From assembly GCA_964458565.1 (NCBI GenBank), contig CAYWJO010000020.1, positions 1-55,135 of the forward strand: DNA of 55,135 nucleotides. The letters are read 5' to 3'. The DNA is from an uncultured archaeon. Lineage in GTDB: Archaea > Asgardarchaeota > Thorarchaeia > Thorarchaeales > Thorarchaeaceae. The translations under genes were made by a program, and so were the position numbers. Every line of letters begins with the position of its first letter. The stretch's first letter is position 1. The notes under the pieces are model-generated. The model did not search any database, was not told the origin of the DNA, and saw nothing but the letters and a program-made list of their open reading frames with translations. Positions 36,437 through 46,541 of this stretch are shown here, piece by piece.

Positions 36437-38617
36437 ATGGGAATAAGCATGAGTCCGGCTAAAATGGTCGTTGCAAAGGTTGTATCCCATAGGGACTTTG
36501 AACGACAAGTCATTATTGCTTTGGAATCTTTCAAGAAATTCGAGTTCATTGATGTACCACGACAAGCAGGGATCGCAGACATTGAAAAATCACGAGATGA
36601 ACAGACCGTTTATGCTGTGATGGATCGAGTAAATAGAATGGTCGAATCCCTTGATTTGGACACTAAAAGACGGAAAGGATCTTTGATTGAGATCAATGAC
36701 TCTACTCTCCACGATTCACTAGAGTACGTTGGAACCGTAATCGGTTCAGTTGAGGAGGAGATCTTAGAACTTGACCGCGACCTGATGGTTGCAACTCAGG
36801 AGCTATCAAGGCAGCAAGGAATCCGAGATGTCGCAGCATCCTTACGTCCATTGGGTATCGATCCAAGTTTACTTGGTAGTACAAGTTATACCTTTACAAC
36901 TGCAGGTATTCTTCCATCTGGACGAGTTTCGCAGCTTGAATGGAGTCTTAATGAATTGACTGAAGGTGCATATTCGTTCAACTCTCTTACCGTAGGGCGT
37001 GGAATGTCCGTAGCAAGTATCAGTGTAGGAATTGACCGCAAAGATGCAACAGAGAGAATCTTGAGTGCGATGGAATTTGAATCATTTACTATTTCTGAAG
37101 ACTCGAGTGGAAGACCTGATGATATTGTTGAGAATGCTACACTTCGAATATCTGAACTTGAATCTAATATAGACCAATTGAAAATTAGGAAAGCCTATCT
37201 AGCTAACGAGTGGGGATCCCGTATACTCGCAACATGGGAACTTCTTACAATAGAACACAATCGTGTCGAGGCTAAGAAATATCTCGTATATACTCCTCAA
37301 TCATTGAAAGTTTGGGGTTGGATTCCTCATGGTACAGAGGAGAGTTTTAGGGACCTTCTAACCGAAATGACGAATTCTGTTGTTGAAGTCACATTTGACG
37401 AACCTGATTTTGCTGAAGTCGAATCACCAACATATTTGAACAATCCATCTTTTATGAAACCAACTCAAGATGTCGTGGAAGCATTTGGCACTCCTGGAAA
37501 GCACGACCTTGACCCTACCAAAATTATGTGGTTATCATTTCCTCTGATTTTTGGTATGGTGTTCGCGGATATTGGCCAAGGGTTTCTGATTCTACTCATA
37601 GGTCTCTTTGCTCTTAGAGCAAAGCGCAGAGGAGATGATTGGGGTGACATTATGGGCTATATCCAGAGTGGTGCCGAGGGGCTCATAATGATGGGTATAT
37701 TTGCGATTATTGGAGGCTTCCTGTTTGGTAGCTTCTTTGGTGCTGAAACTGTAGTAGAGCCGTTATGGGGCGTCTTCGCACACTATGATAGCCATGGTCA
37801 TGTCAATCCTTACAGATCTGCACATATGCTTAAATTATCAATCGAAATTGGTGCAATCCAACTGACTATTGGAATACTTCTTAGTCTGTATGTCAAATTA
37901 AAACACAAGGAATTTCGCGAAGCACTGGCCTCCTTTGCTTATGTTTGGTTGTATCTCGGATTTGTCAATCTTCTTTTTGGGGTAAGCTATAACAGCATCG
38001 GTGATTGGTTCAGTGATAAAGCAGTTAATCTCTGGCTGCCAATCATTGGAATCGGTTATGGCACAGGTGACAATGGCATATATCCAACATTACCTGTTAC
38101 TGCATTCACATTTACAATCCTCGTTTTCATAGTACCATTCATCCTCATGGCGATACCATCTCTTATGGGTGGAATGGATGGCATGGTTCACCTTCTTGAG
38201 AATGGATTGGGCATGATTAGTCACACTGTGAGCTATGCGCGAATCTTTGCACTCAATACAGTTCACATCATTCTGAGTGGTGTATTCTTTACGTTGGTTC
38301 CACCATTGTTAGAGATACCATTTCCAAGCATTGAGATATTCGGCCTCGAGATTATTCCTGTACATGTCTATCGACCTGACACACATGCCGAAGTGGCTCC
38401 ATATTTGCCTCTCTTAGGCGCAATAATTGGAACCTTCATTGTAGGAATTCTGGAAGGCTTGCTTGCGTTCATGCATACTCTTCGTTTGCATTTTGTTGAA
38501 TGGTTTAGCAAGTTCTATGAAGCTGGAGGAGTCCGATTTAATCCATTTCAATATCCACGAAAACACACTGTTTCGATGAATCAAGTACCCGAAATAGTAG
38601 TTGCAGCAAACAGTTGA
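36437..38617 (+). CDS. atpI: A/V-type ATPase membrane subunit I (a)
   Basis: P.KM start, GWIP, PT.L.NP, G.P....DPT, FPL.FG..F.D.G.G, SHT.SY.RI.AL (essential Arg), H.LRLH.VEWF.KFY..GG..F.PF. Start at ATG 36437 rather than 36266. Confidence 0.95.
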   Translation: MGISMSPAKMVVAKVVSHRDFERQVIIALESFKKFEFIDVPRQAGIADIEKSRDEQTVYAVMDRVNRMVESLDLDTKRRKGSLIEINDSTLHDSLEYVGTVIGSVEEEILELDRDLMVATQELSRQQGIRDVAASLRPLGIDPSLLGSTSYTFTTAGILPSGRVSQLEWSLNELTEGAYSFNSLTVGRGMSVASISVGIDRKDATERILSAMEFESFTISEDSSGRPDDIVENATLRISELESNIDQLKIRKAYLANEWGSRILATWELLTIEHNRVEAKKYLVYTPQSLKVWGWIPHGTEESFRDLLTEMTNSVVEVTFDEPDFAEVESPTYLNNPSFMKPTQDVVEAFGTPGKHDLDPTKIMWLSFPLIFGMVFADIGQGFLILLIGLFALRAKRRGDDWGDIMGYIQSGAEGLIMMGIFAIIGGFLFGSFFGAETVVEPLWGVFAHYDSHGHVNPYRSAHMLKLSIEIGAIQLTIGILLSLYVKLKHKEFREALASFAYVWLYLGFVNLLFGVSYNSIGDWFSDKAVNLWLPIIGIGYGTGDNGIYPTLPVTAFTFTILVFIVPFILMAIPSLMGGMDGMVHLLENGLGMISHTVSYARIFALNTVHIILSGVFFTLVPPLLEIPFPSIEIFGLEIIPVHVYRPDTHAEVAPYLPLLGAIIGTFIVGILEGLLAFMHTLRLHFVEWFSKFYEAGGVRFNPFQYPRKHTVSMNQVPEIVVAANS

Positions 38618-38640
38618 CGATGAAATCTAGGGTAGGTGGA

Positions 38641-40971
38641 CTAATTTCCACCTGCTCCTAGATAAAGAGCCGCTAATTCCGCATCTCCCTTTACATTGGG
38701 ATTCTGATCCATCCCGATTTTCTGTTTACTATCCCATATACTTCTTGCCAGAAGATCTGTGGTTTTTGCTTTTCCATCCACACTCTGAGCAGCTTGATTA
38801 TCACCGAGTTGTTGGAAAACTTGTGCAGCAACAGTGTAATTTCCCACTGCTTCTCTGAGCTGATCATTAGCCTCTGTATAATGCATTTTAGCTTTTGAAC
38901 GATCTCCTTGTCTGAAGCGAAATTCAGCCATAAAGTCACTCTTTGCCCCTTCAAGTCGAGAGAGGTCGCCTCTGTATTTCATGACCACACCTCTCAGTTG
39001 CGTCACCTGAACATCTACACTATTGTTCTTGCGAATCTCTGAACCCTTCACACTATTCAGCTCGTTCGCTGCTGACTCAAAAGCTGCAACAGCTTGTTTA
39101 ATTCTCTCAATGGTATTGTCGTGTGCCATGATAACACCATCAATAGAATCATCACCTTCTAACTGAGCTAATTCATCTTCAAGTCTTTGAAATATGTTTA
39201 TTCGCTCTACTTGAGCTCTAAACGCCCACTGATCTGCCTGCGAACCGAAAACTTGGGCTTCGGATGCATACGCAGTTGCCAGAGCGAGTCTACCTAGATC
39301 TCTCATCTCTTCAGCTTGGCTGTCTTCTCCAATAACCTTGTAGTAAGATGCAGCCTCTGCGGCATGAAGGTTTTCTAATATCCTTGACATCACAAACTTC
39401 ACACCCTGCTGAAGTTCAGAACTTAGTTGAAATTGAATCACGTACTTGACATGGTTCAAAAGGGCAAGTGTTTTGTTGCGGAGCTCTCCTACTTCACTAT
39501 CTTCCATCTCGAGGCTCAATAAGATACCTAGTATGTCCAATCCCTCACGAATAGAATCCAGAGCATCTGCTGGGCTCTTATTAAGATGTAATATCGCCTC
39601 GTCAAGTGCTTTGTTTACACTTTGAATGAGTCCTGTTTTTCTAAGATCCTTTGCAAAATCAATCTGTGCCGAGATTCCGCTCATATCATCAGATTTCTTC
39701 AAGAGTTCATGTACAAATGAGAAGGTTTTAAGATTCTCCTGAATTGCAGCAGTTAACTCTCTGGTCTTTGAAAGTTTCTCTGCACTCTTTAAATCTTTGA
39801 CAATCTCTTTCAATACTTCGATTGATTCCTTCTTATTATTTACAACAATCAATTCAGAAAAAGACCGAACCGCGGCTTCAGCTTTGCAGAAATGTGCTTG
39901 TGCTTTTTTATGTTCCTTATCCAACCTTGATTGTTCGGCGTTTGACTGTAAACCGAGTACTTCTCTAAAGCACTTCTCAGCCCTACCAAATGCATCCGAG
40001 GAAACAATGTAGAGCTTTGAGGCATCTTCAAGATTTCCAGCTCTCATCTGTGCATCAGCGATGTCATTATATGTCATCGCTAGATACACTTCACTAAGTC
40101 CTGCAGTGTTCTGTTTCCAAGCTTTTATGACCCCAATTCTCTGCTTGTTTGTCTTCTTATCCTTCTGAAAATACGGGAGTGCATCAATGTAAAGGTCTGT
40201 TGCACGTTCAAATATAAACGAGCTAAGGATGTCTCGCCAGAGGAGTTCGTCAAAGGGATTGAATGCTTGTCTAAATGTACTCTCAATACCAATTAATTCA
40301 TTTAGAAATTCATCATAGAATTCTGCTTCTGCAGATTTGTTTTTACCTAATATATCTGCCAGCTGTTTGTCATCCTCAGATAAACCTTCTTTCATAAGAT
40401 GGTATGTCTGATGACCAAGTGCTACTCGACGAAGTTTCTGAGTCCCATCAACTTTGGAAGGGATTGCAGAGAAACCCCTCTCAAGCATCGTATATACTGC
40501 AGCAAGATGGAGTGATGCACTTTTTTCTTTCTCAGGATCATCCTCCTCTGTAAAGGGTCCACTAGCTGCGGCGGCTTGATGAAGCCATGCCATGACTCTT
40601 GCCATCCAAATATCTGCAAGATTACGTTGAGATTGTGCTAATAACTCTTCAATAGCTTTCTCGAGTTGTTCCTTCTGCTCCCCTTCTGCATGATTAGCTC
40701 GTTCCCTCAAATAAGCTATGTCAAACTCCTCTCCCATTATTTGAGTATTGAATAAAGCTAATTCATCATACAACTCTGTGAATGCATCATGCATCTCAAT
40801 CCGTTTTCTTTCCAGACCCTCTTTGTCATCGATATCATGCAATGAAAATTCTCTAACAGTATCCTGAGCCTGAATGTTAAGCTCAAACAGATGACTAGTA
40901 TAGACTTTCACATCTATATCTTCTAATGTATCCGTATCTTCTTTTTTTGCTCCGGGGAGCACGTTTGACAT
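38641..40971 (-). CDS. Large all-alpha helical-repeat (TPR/SNAP-like solenoid) hypothetical protein
   Basis: 776 aa, Ala/Glu/Lys/Leu-rich, no TM. Repeated A..Y..A...F patterns (ASKLYIVSSDAFGRA, AASYYKVIG, AVGNYTVAAQVFQQLG). GGAGGT SD upstream. Confidence 0.7.
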   Translation of the reverse strand: MSNVLPGAKKEDTDTLEDIDVKVYTSHLFELNIQAQDTVREFSLHDIDDKEGLERKRIEMHDAFTELYDELALFNTQIMGEEFDIAYLRERANHAEGEQKEQLEKAIEELLAQSQRNLADIWMARVMAWLHQAAAASGPFTEEDDPEKEKSASLHLAAVYTMLERGFSAIPSKVDGTQKLRRVALGHQTYHLMKEGLSEDDKQLADILGKNKSAEAEFYDEFLNELIGIESTFRQAFNPFDELLWRDILSSFIFERATDLYIDALPYFQKDKKTNKQRIGVIKAWKQNTAGLSEVYLAMTYNDIADAQMRAGNLEDASKLYIVSSDAFGRAEKCFREVLGLQSNAEQSRLDKEHKKAQAHFCKAEAAVRSFSELIVVNNKKESIEVLKEIVKDLKSAEKLSKTRELTAAIQENLKTFSFVHELLKKSDDMSGISAQIDFAKDLRKTGLIQSVNKALDEAILHLNKSPADALDSIREGLDILGILLSLEMEDSEVGELRNKTLALLNHVKYVIQFQLSSELQQGVKFVMSRILENLHAAEAASYYKVIGEDSQAEEMRDLGRLALATAYASEAQVFGSQADQWAFRAQVERINIFQRLEDELAQLEGDDSIDGVIMAHDNTIERIKQAVAAFESAANELNSVKGSEIRKNNSVDVQVTQLRGVVMKYRGDLSRLEGAKSDFMAEFRFRQGDRSKAKMHYTEANDQLREAVGNYTVAAQVFQQLGDNQAAQSVDGKAKTTDLLARSIWDSKQKIGMDQNPNVKGDAELAALYLGAGGN

Positions 40972-41100
40972 GAAGTTACCTCCAGAGGATAATCTGGAAG
41001 GAATGGGATTGAAGTTCTACTTAAGACTACCTAGTGTTGCGCATTTGTCTAGAATGTATAACAAGAGAAAATTAACTACTGAATAATTTCGTAGTTTTAT

Positions 41101-41475
41101 CTATTCATCAAGAGTTCTAAATCGAATTCTTCGCCCATCTCGGAATTTAACTAACCTGCCTTCGTCTACTAGTTTATTCAGTACTTCACTTGTTCTCGAT
41201 CTAGATTTTCCCCATTCTGTAGCAAGTTCAGTTGCGGTCTTTCCGACCTCTTTCTCTTCTAAGATTGTAACTAGTCGATCCCAGCTTGCATCCCCCTGAA
41301 TTGTGTTACCATCACTGAATATGCTGTATTGCTGTGCCTTGGGTTCAATCTCTTCGGTATGTATTTTGGTCTTGAGTTCATTAACAGTTTCAGCTAGGAC
41401 CTTTACGGTCATTCTAAGCTCTTTGATTTCATCCTTTAATTCACGTATCTCAGGTTTGGGTTTCAGATTTGACAT
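41101..41475 (-). CDS. Coiled coil + winged helix-turn-helix protein (putative transcription regulator)
   Basis: N-terminal heptads (IRELKDEIKELRMTVKVLAETVNELK); T.TELA...GKSRS..S..L.KL..EG.L...R.GR...F. Confidence 0.8.
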   Translation of the reverse strand: MSNLKPKPEIRELKDEIKELRMTVKVLAETVNELKTKIHTEEIEPKAQQYSIFSDGNTIQGDASWDRLVTILEEKEVGKTATELATEWGKSRSRTSEVLNKLVDEGRLVKFRDGRRIRFRTLDE

Positions 41476-41495
41476 ATTATCCCCTCCATATCAGA

Positions 41496-41798
41496 TTATC
41501 CGTTCCTGAATTCAAGATAATTGCGCTTCTTTTTCTTCTTCTCAAATCTTTCTTTGACTTCAGCAGATTTGAATTTCATTTGTTTTGGAGGTGAGTAATC
41601 CTCCAAATTTTCTACCGAAGCCACTTCTTCCGATCGTATTACGTTGGGCCCACTTGTTTTCGCATTCACTGCTTCTGCTTGTGTTCCCTTTATGATGGCA
41701 TATTCTGTCTTCTTGATTTCTAATACATGCTCAGTCAGAATATCCCGAGTTTCTTTTGCGCAGAGGTTTTTTTTGTGCTGGTATGTCATTCTAATCAC
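41496..41798 (-). CDS. Hypothetical small basic protein
   Basis: 100-aa ORF co-oriented between trmI and the wHTH gene, with Lys-rich C-terminus (KKKKKRNY). Confidence 0.55.
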   Translation of the reverse strand: MIRMTYQHKKNLCAKETRDILTEHVLEIKKTEYAIIKGTQAEAVNAKTSGPNVIRSEEVASVENLEDYSPPKQMKFKSAEVKERFEKKKKKRNYLEFRNG

Positions 41799-41910
41799 AG
41801 CTGTCTAATTCGATTGCATCTATTATCTATCTGTCGTCAACAATAATCGACAATCAACAATAACTATGCATTATTTCCTTATAGGGATTTCGAAAGTAAT
41901 GAAATTCGAT

Positions 41911-42693
41911 TCATTCATCTGGATTTAGTTTTCTTGCAAACGTTATGTAACCTGTATGTCCTACCATCCATGTGGTTGGACGTGTTTTGTTCTCTCTCAC
42001 CATGATTTCACGTTGAAGGACTTCTAACGTTCTTATCATACCCCACTTTCCGTTCTCACTCAGCGCTTTGCATGTTTTCATTACTTGTTCGATTGTAGGA
42101 CTGTAGCTGGCTATTTGATGACTTGACTTCAATGCATTATGAGCCAGATCAACAATTTCCCAAGGTGTAGCTAGATCTAATATTACTGCATCAATTTCTG
42201 ACTCTATAATACCCTCTGAGATATCTCTATGATGCATGGTTATTCGACTCATATTGGCGTACCGCTCAAGATTCTTCTTTGCTCCTTGATACATGTCTTC
42301 TCGAATCTCATATGTATACACTTGACCTGAATCTCCAACTGCATTCGCTAATACCCAGGTTAAGGCACCAGAACCCGTTCCTGATTCCACAACTCGAGAC
42401 CCTGCTCCAATTCCTGTTTCAAGAAGAATTGCTCCTGCATCTTTCGCATAGATGATCTGTGTATTTCTTCCCATAGAAATCTGAATATCAGTTAAACTAG
42501 GTCTATGTATCTGAAATATTTGATTTGAATGACTAGTGACCTTGATTCCATAGGGTCTACCAATAATATCATCAAACTTAATTATCCCCTTATTGGAATG
42601 AAATTCCTCACCTGTTTTCACCTTTCTAATCCAATTCCTCTTTGCATCGAGAAAGATGAACACATAAGAGCCATCTTGGATTATATCCTGCAT
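41911..42693 (-). CDS. trmI: tRNA (adenine-57/58-N1)-methyltransferase
   Basis: F....G.I....IIG..YG, R.TQIIY.KD...I, V.E.GTGSG.LT..LA, YE.RE, DA..LDL..PW, YSP..EQV, RP...M.GHTGY..FAR. Confidence 0.95.
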   Translation of the reverse strand: MQDIIQDGSYVFIFLDAKRNWIRKVKTGEEFHSNKGIIKFDDIIGRPYGIKVTSHSNQIFQIHRPSLTDIQISMGRNTQIIYAKDAGAILLETGIGAGSRVVESGTGSGALTWVLANAVGDSGQVYTYEIREDMYQGAKKNLERYANMSRITMHHRDISEGIIESEIDAVILDLATPWEIVDLAHNALKSSHQIASYSPTIEQVMKTCKALSENGKWGMIRTLEVLQREIMVRENKTRPTTWMVGHTGYITFARKLNPDE

Positions 42694-42804
42694 AATCCAA
42701 ACACGAACACGTTTGGTTTTGAGTCTTGCGCGTTAATTCTGAGACGCGCCCAAGCTGCAAAGACTTATCCATTTTCAGAAGAGTGAGAACTGAGAGGGTG
42801 GTCA

Positions 42805-44979
42805 ATGAATAACGAAGACCCCAACCACGATAATCCAGAAGAAACAGAACAAACTGATGTGGATGATGATAGATTACCACTATATGCCGCATCAATGTTC
42901 GACTACAAGCCCCGCGTCGATTTACCTCTTGATCTATTTGTTGATTCCGAGAAAGGAGTCATAATCGGAAGATCAAAGTCGTTTCATGAGAAATACAAGC
43001 AAATAGGTTTGGGATTAATTGGTGCTGTCACTGAAACTTCGGATGACCCTCTTACTACAATGACAGGTGCACCTGTCTATCTAGATCTTGTCAGTCCTCA
43101 TGTCTTATTTGTAGCTGGAAAACGTGGATCTGGTAAAAGCTACACACTTGGAATTCTCTTCGAAGAATTAGCTCGGGCTATAAATAGACATGAAATTGAA
43201 GTAGCTGTTGTCGTTGTGGATACCGTGGATGTTTTCCGACAATCTGTAGAACCTAATACAGAGCAAGTGGATTTGCTTAGAAAGTGGAATCTTGAATCCA
43301 CTGGATTTCCTGTTGCTGTATATATTCCCAAGAAAACCTATAGAGCACTACCTGAAGATGTGAAGGAGAAAGCGAACTTGCACCCTCTAGCAATCAGTCC
43401 TCGCGAACTTTCAGGCTCTGAATGGGGATATATTCTGGAGAAGGGCGGAGAGCTTAGTACAACAATGGAGAATCTTATTGGTGATATTGTTGATTCTCTC
43501 AAACGTGGATATACTCTTAATGATGGGGAACGAATCTCTCCAAATAATGACTATAGTATTCGTGATATGATTCATTGTATCGAATCCAATCCAGCTATTA
43601 CAGAATTCTACAAACTATCAACTCGAACTGCAATGATACAGCGTCTTCGGAGTGCACAGAGGCTTGGAGTATTTCATCCAGGTGGTACAAGCGCTCAAGA
43701 CTTAGCTATTGCAGGTCAAGTAACAATCATCGATGTTGCTCCGCTTGGATCTGATGCTGAAACTGTACTTGCAATTTTAACTAACATGCTTTGTCGTCAG
43801 GTGCTAACTTATCGAATGGCATGGACCGATGAAGGAACTAGTGCTAGAGAAGAACTCCCTCCGACATGGCTAATCATAGATGAAGCACATACGCTTGTGC
43901 CCCGAAGCGGAGATACTCCTGCGAAGAATGCAATTATTGGTTATGCAAAACTTGGAAGACGTTTTGGTTGTAGCCTCGTTCTTTGCACGCAACAACCTTC
44001 TGCTGTTTCAGATGATGCCATCTCCCAAGCTGACATTATTATCTCTCATTCATTATCACATGATGGAGACATTAGAGCCCTCCAGCAAAGGGCTCCAGCA
44101 GTAATGCCTGAATCATTTAGAGATAAGGTTTTCATCAGTAGTTTACCACGTGGAGTAGCCCTTTTGTTTGATCAGAGTACTGAAAACAAGCGTGGTTTCA
44201 TCATGCAGGTCCGACCGCGGTTATCTCAACATGGTGGAACAGACCGTCTTTCTGGTGTTCTCGAAGCTGCAACCTTATTTTCAAAGGACGAAGACGAACT
44301 TCCTCAGGAAGAAACTCCACAACCCATGGCTGCGGAGTTGGAGGGAGCGGAAGAGAGTTACCTTCTTCCTGGAGTACCGAAGCCACCCATTCAACTTAGT
44401 AAATCCGATTGGGAGGCTCTTGATGGATGGATAAAAGAGTATATCCAGCAGAAATTTGAACAAGAACTTCAAGAGTATACGATTACTGAAAGACCAGCGC
44501 CTCATTTAGAACACCCTCTAGAAGAAACTGAAGTCATCGAGCCAAGTGATGATCTTTCCTCCTCAAGTACGATAATTAATCTTAACAAAATTCAATTCGC
44601 TAGTTTCACAAATCTGCAGCCATCCCTTTTATCAAAGGCAATGACAAGGTTAGTACTTTACTCGCCACCAACGCATGATTTCTTGTTCTATTCTAACAAA
44701 CTGCATAGAGATTCTATTCAGATTCTGAAGGCGTCTCAGAATCCGACGCATATAGTTTCCCTTCTTGGAAGCTCTCTTCAAGAACAAGGATTCACAGTGC
44801 AAAACTATGTTCAACATGAATCGTTTACATTTGTGTTATTGAGAAAGAACCATATTCGAGCAGCCTTTGCGGTTGGTCTGAGCTCAGGTAATGTATCAAT
44901 TCCGTTGATTATTGTCGGATCCAATTCAGGTGAAGTATCCGCTATAGCTGCCGAGATTGGAAACCAGCTTCGTGCTTAA
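42805..44979 (+). CDS. HerA/FtsK-superfamily (DUF87-type) P-loop ATPase with acidic linker and extra C-terminal domain
   Basis: Walker A GKRGSGKS, Walker B LIIDEAH, arginine-finger region GRRFG, TQQP, and R.R...HGG. Confidence 0.85.
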   Translation: MNNEDPNHDNPEETEQTDVDDDRLPLYAASMFDYKPRVDLPLDLFVDSEKGVIIGRSKSFHEKYKQIGLGLIGAVTETSDDPLTTMTGAPVYLDLVSPHVLFVAGKRGSGKSYTLGILFEELARAINRHEIEVAVVVVDTVDVFRQSVEPNTEQVDLLRKWNLESTGFPVAVYIPKKTYRALPEDVKEKANLHPLAISPRELSGSEWGYILEKGGELSTTMENLIGDIVDSLKRGYTLNDGERISPNNDYSIRDMIHCIESNPAITEFYKLSTRTAMIQRLRSAQRLGVFHPGGTSAQDLAIAGQVTIIDVAPLGSDAETVLAILTNMLCRQVLTYRMAWTDEGTSAREELPPTWLIIDEAHTLVPRSGDTPAKNAIIGYAKLGRRFGCSLVLCTQQPSAVSDDAISQADIIISHSLSHDGDIRALQQRAPAVMPESFRDKVFISSLPRGVALLFDQSTENKRGFIMQVRPRLSQHGGTDRLSGVLEAATLFSKDEDELPQEETPQPMAAELEGAEESYLLPGVPKPPIQLSKSDWEALDGWIKEYIQQKFEQELQEYTITERPAPHLEHPLEETEVIEPSDDLSSSSTIINLNKIQFASFTNLQPSLLSKAMTRLVLYSPPTHDFLFYSNKLHRDSIQILKASQNPTHIVSLLGSSLQEQGFTVQNYVQHESFTFVLLRKNHIRAAFAVGLSSGNVSIPLIIVGSNSGEVSAIAAEIGNQLRA

Positions 44980-45386
44980 TGCTCGGCCTTATAAGCAGAA
45001 ATTCTCGAAAACAAAAACAGGTGGATTATTTGAGCAAAGCTGATATCAGACCTCCAGTGAACCTAAAACTAGCATCGATGGAAGATCTAGCACGGATGCT
45101 CGTATCTTGGTCTCAGCGTGACAGACCTGCAAGCATGTTATACTTTGAACTCGGTGGAAAGCATATTTTTGGTACACTCATATCTAACCATGGTTATTAT
45201 GAGTATCAAGGCGTACCACTTTGGATATACACTGAAACCAACTCAGGTCCAGAAGGTAATTTTCTTGCATACAAAGCTCGACCAAAAGAATCGGTTGAGT
45301 TCGTACATAGCATCGATTCTGAACCTATGACTGTTCATCTTCCAATCATTAGACTAGCTGAAAAATTGGAAATCTTAGATATATAG
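44979..45386 (+). CDS. Conserved archaeal hypothetical protein (resembles small TACK/crenarchaeal proteins with a YYE..G.P..Y motif)
   Basis: S.EDLAR, GYYEYQGVPLWIY, LPII.L. TAATG coupling to the ATPase, or an alternative TTG start at 45030. Family recognition is from memory. Confidence 0.6.
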   Translation: MLGLISRNSRKQKQVDYLSKADIRPPVNLKLASMEDLARMLVSWSQRDRPASMLYFELGGKHIFGTLISNHGYYEYQGVPLWIYTETNSGPEGNFLAYKARPKESVEFVHSIDSEPMTVHLPIIRLAEKLEILDI

Positions 45387-45421
45387 GAGTAGGTCTTTTT
45401 TCTGCTCTATATACTCTCTTC

Positions 45422-46495
45422 CTAGTACATTTCCCTAGGCGACGCTCTTAGGTAGCTTACAATGAGCACTCCAGCGAATATGAAGAATGCGAGCCATATA
45501 ATCAATGTGATGAGAATAACTTGGGTTTTGAAGAAGAGTTCGACCACAAGAAATAGGCCAACAATAAAAATATTTGATGCGCCTCCCATTGTTGTGTCAT
45601 TCTCTACTTTTAATCGGAATTTTACTAAAACCATGATAATGACTATTCCTAGTGAGATCCAGTTGATATAGGATGTAAACAATTCTGACTGATTTAGAAA
45701 TGGGATTTCTCCAAATGGCGTAGCAATAGGAGGTAGATACAATATGAGAAAAATCGCGAATATTAGAAACTCTAGCAATCTAATCCAATTTGTAGGTGTC
45801 TTTGTGTAAATTTCACCGTACAATCCCTTGTCGTACTGTGACGCACCATAGTATAGGAAGTATATTGGCGCACCAAAACTCAGAGCATTCACCAAACATT
45901 GTGCTATCCCATATACAACGGTTATCCAATAAGATGTCCACATTGTTAGTATCCCATCCCAAACAGCTATGTAGTTCGGAATAAATTGGATCATAACAAG
46001 ACCGGGAAAAATGCAGAGTCCAATTGCTGCAAGTACTGCGAGTACCGCTGCTGGTTTTCCTCCGCCAAGCTTACCAACCCCTATCGTGTAAAACAAGCGA
46101 CCGGCTACGATGAGGCCTCCAATAATCGCAAGTGGTGCAGTAATCATGGGTAAAATGAAGAACATCAACACAAACGCTGCATTTGTGCCATAGAATACTC
46201 TCCATCTCAAGGGTACTGACGTTGTTGAACCTTCCATGAGATGTGCAGTATTGGCCAATCTATATCTCTCAAAATAGACGAATCCCAACCATGGAGACGC
46301 AAAAACTAGTGGTGTGATTAGGTAATGGAACATGGTATCGAAGAATAAATCACCAAACGGTTCCATCTGAAATGGCAAAAAGAATACAAGGATGAAAAAG
46401 TAAAGCGGAGCTGCAATAGCAACTAACATAACAACTAATCTTGTCTTCAACCAGTCTGGGCTCAAGGGTGAATCTCCGACTCGTGATATCTCCAA
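45422..46495 (-). CDS. Hypothetical polytopic membrane protein
   Basis: 357 aa with roughly 9-10 hydrophobic segments; no family motif recognised. Confidence 0.7.
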   Translation of the reverse strand: MEISRVGDSPLSPDWLKTRLVVMLVAIAAPLYFFILVFFLPFQMEPFGDLFFDTMFHYLITPLVFASPWLGFVYFERYRLANTAHLMEGSTTSVPLRWRVFYGTNAAFVLMFFILPMITAPLAIIGGLIVAGRLFYTIGVGKLGGGKPAAVLAVLAAIGLCIFPGLVMIQFIPNYIAVWDGILTMWTSYWITVVYGIAQCLVNALSFGAPIYFLYYGASQYDKGLYGEIYTKTPTNWIRLLEFLIFAIFLILYLPPIATPFGEIPFLNQSELFTSYINWISLGIVIIMVLVKFRLKVENDTTMGGASNIFIVGLFLVVELFFKTQVILITLIIWLAFFIFAGVLIVSYLRASPREMY

Positions 46496-46541
46496 ATCGT
46501 ATAAAAGTATGCGCGCAAATTAATCAATTGGAGGTTAAGAT

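Noticed and set aside
42805-45386. HerA-NurA repair module or HerA-based defence system
   Set aside because: No NurA, Sir2 or nuclease motifs recognised in the neighbours; the context is housekeeping (trmI, pyrF).
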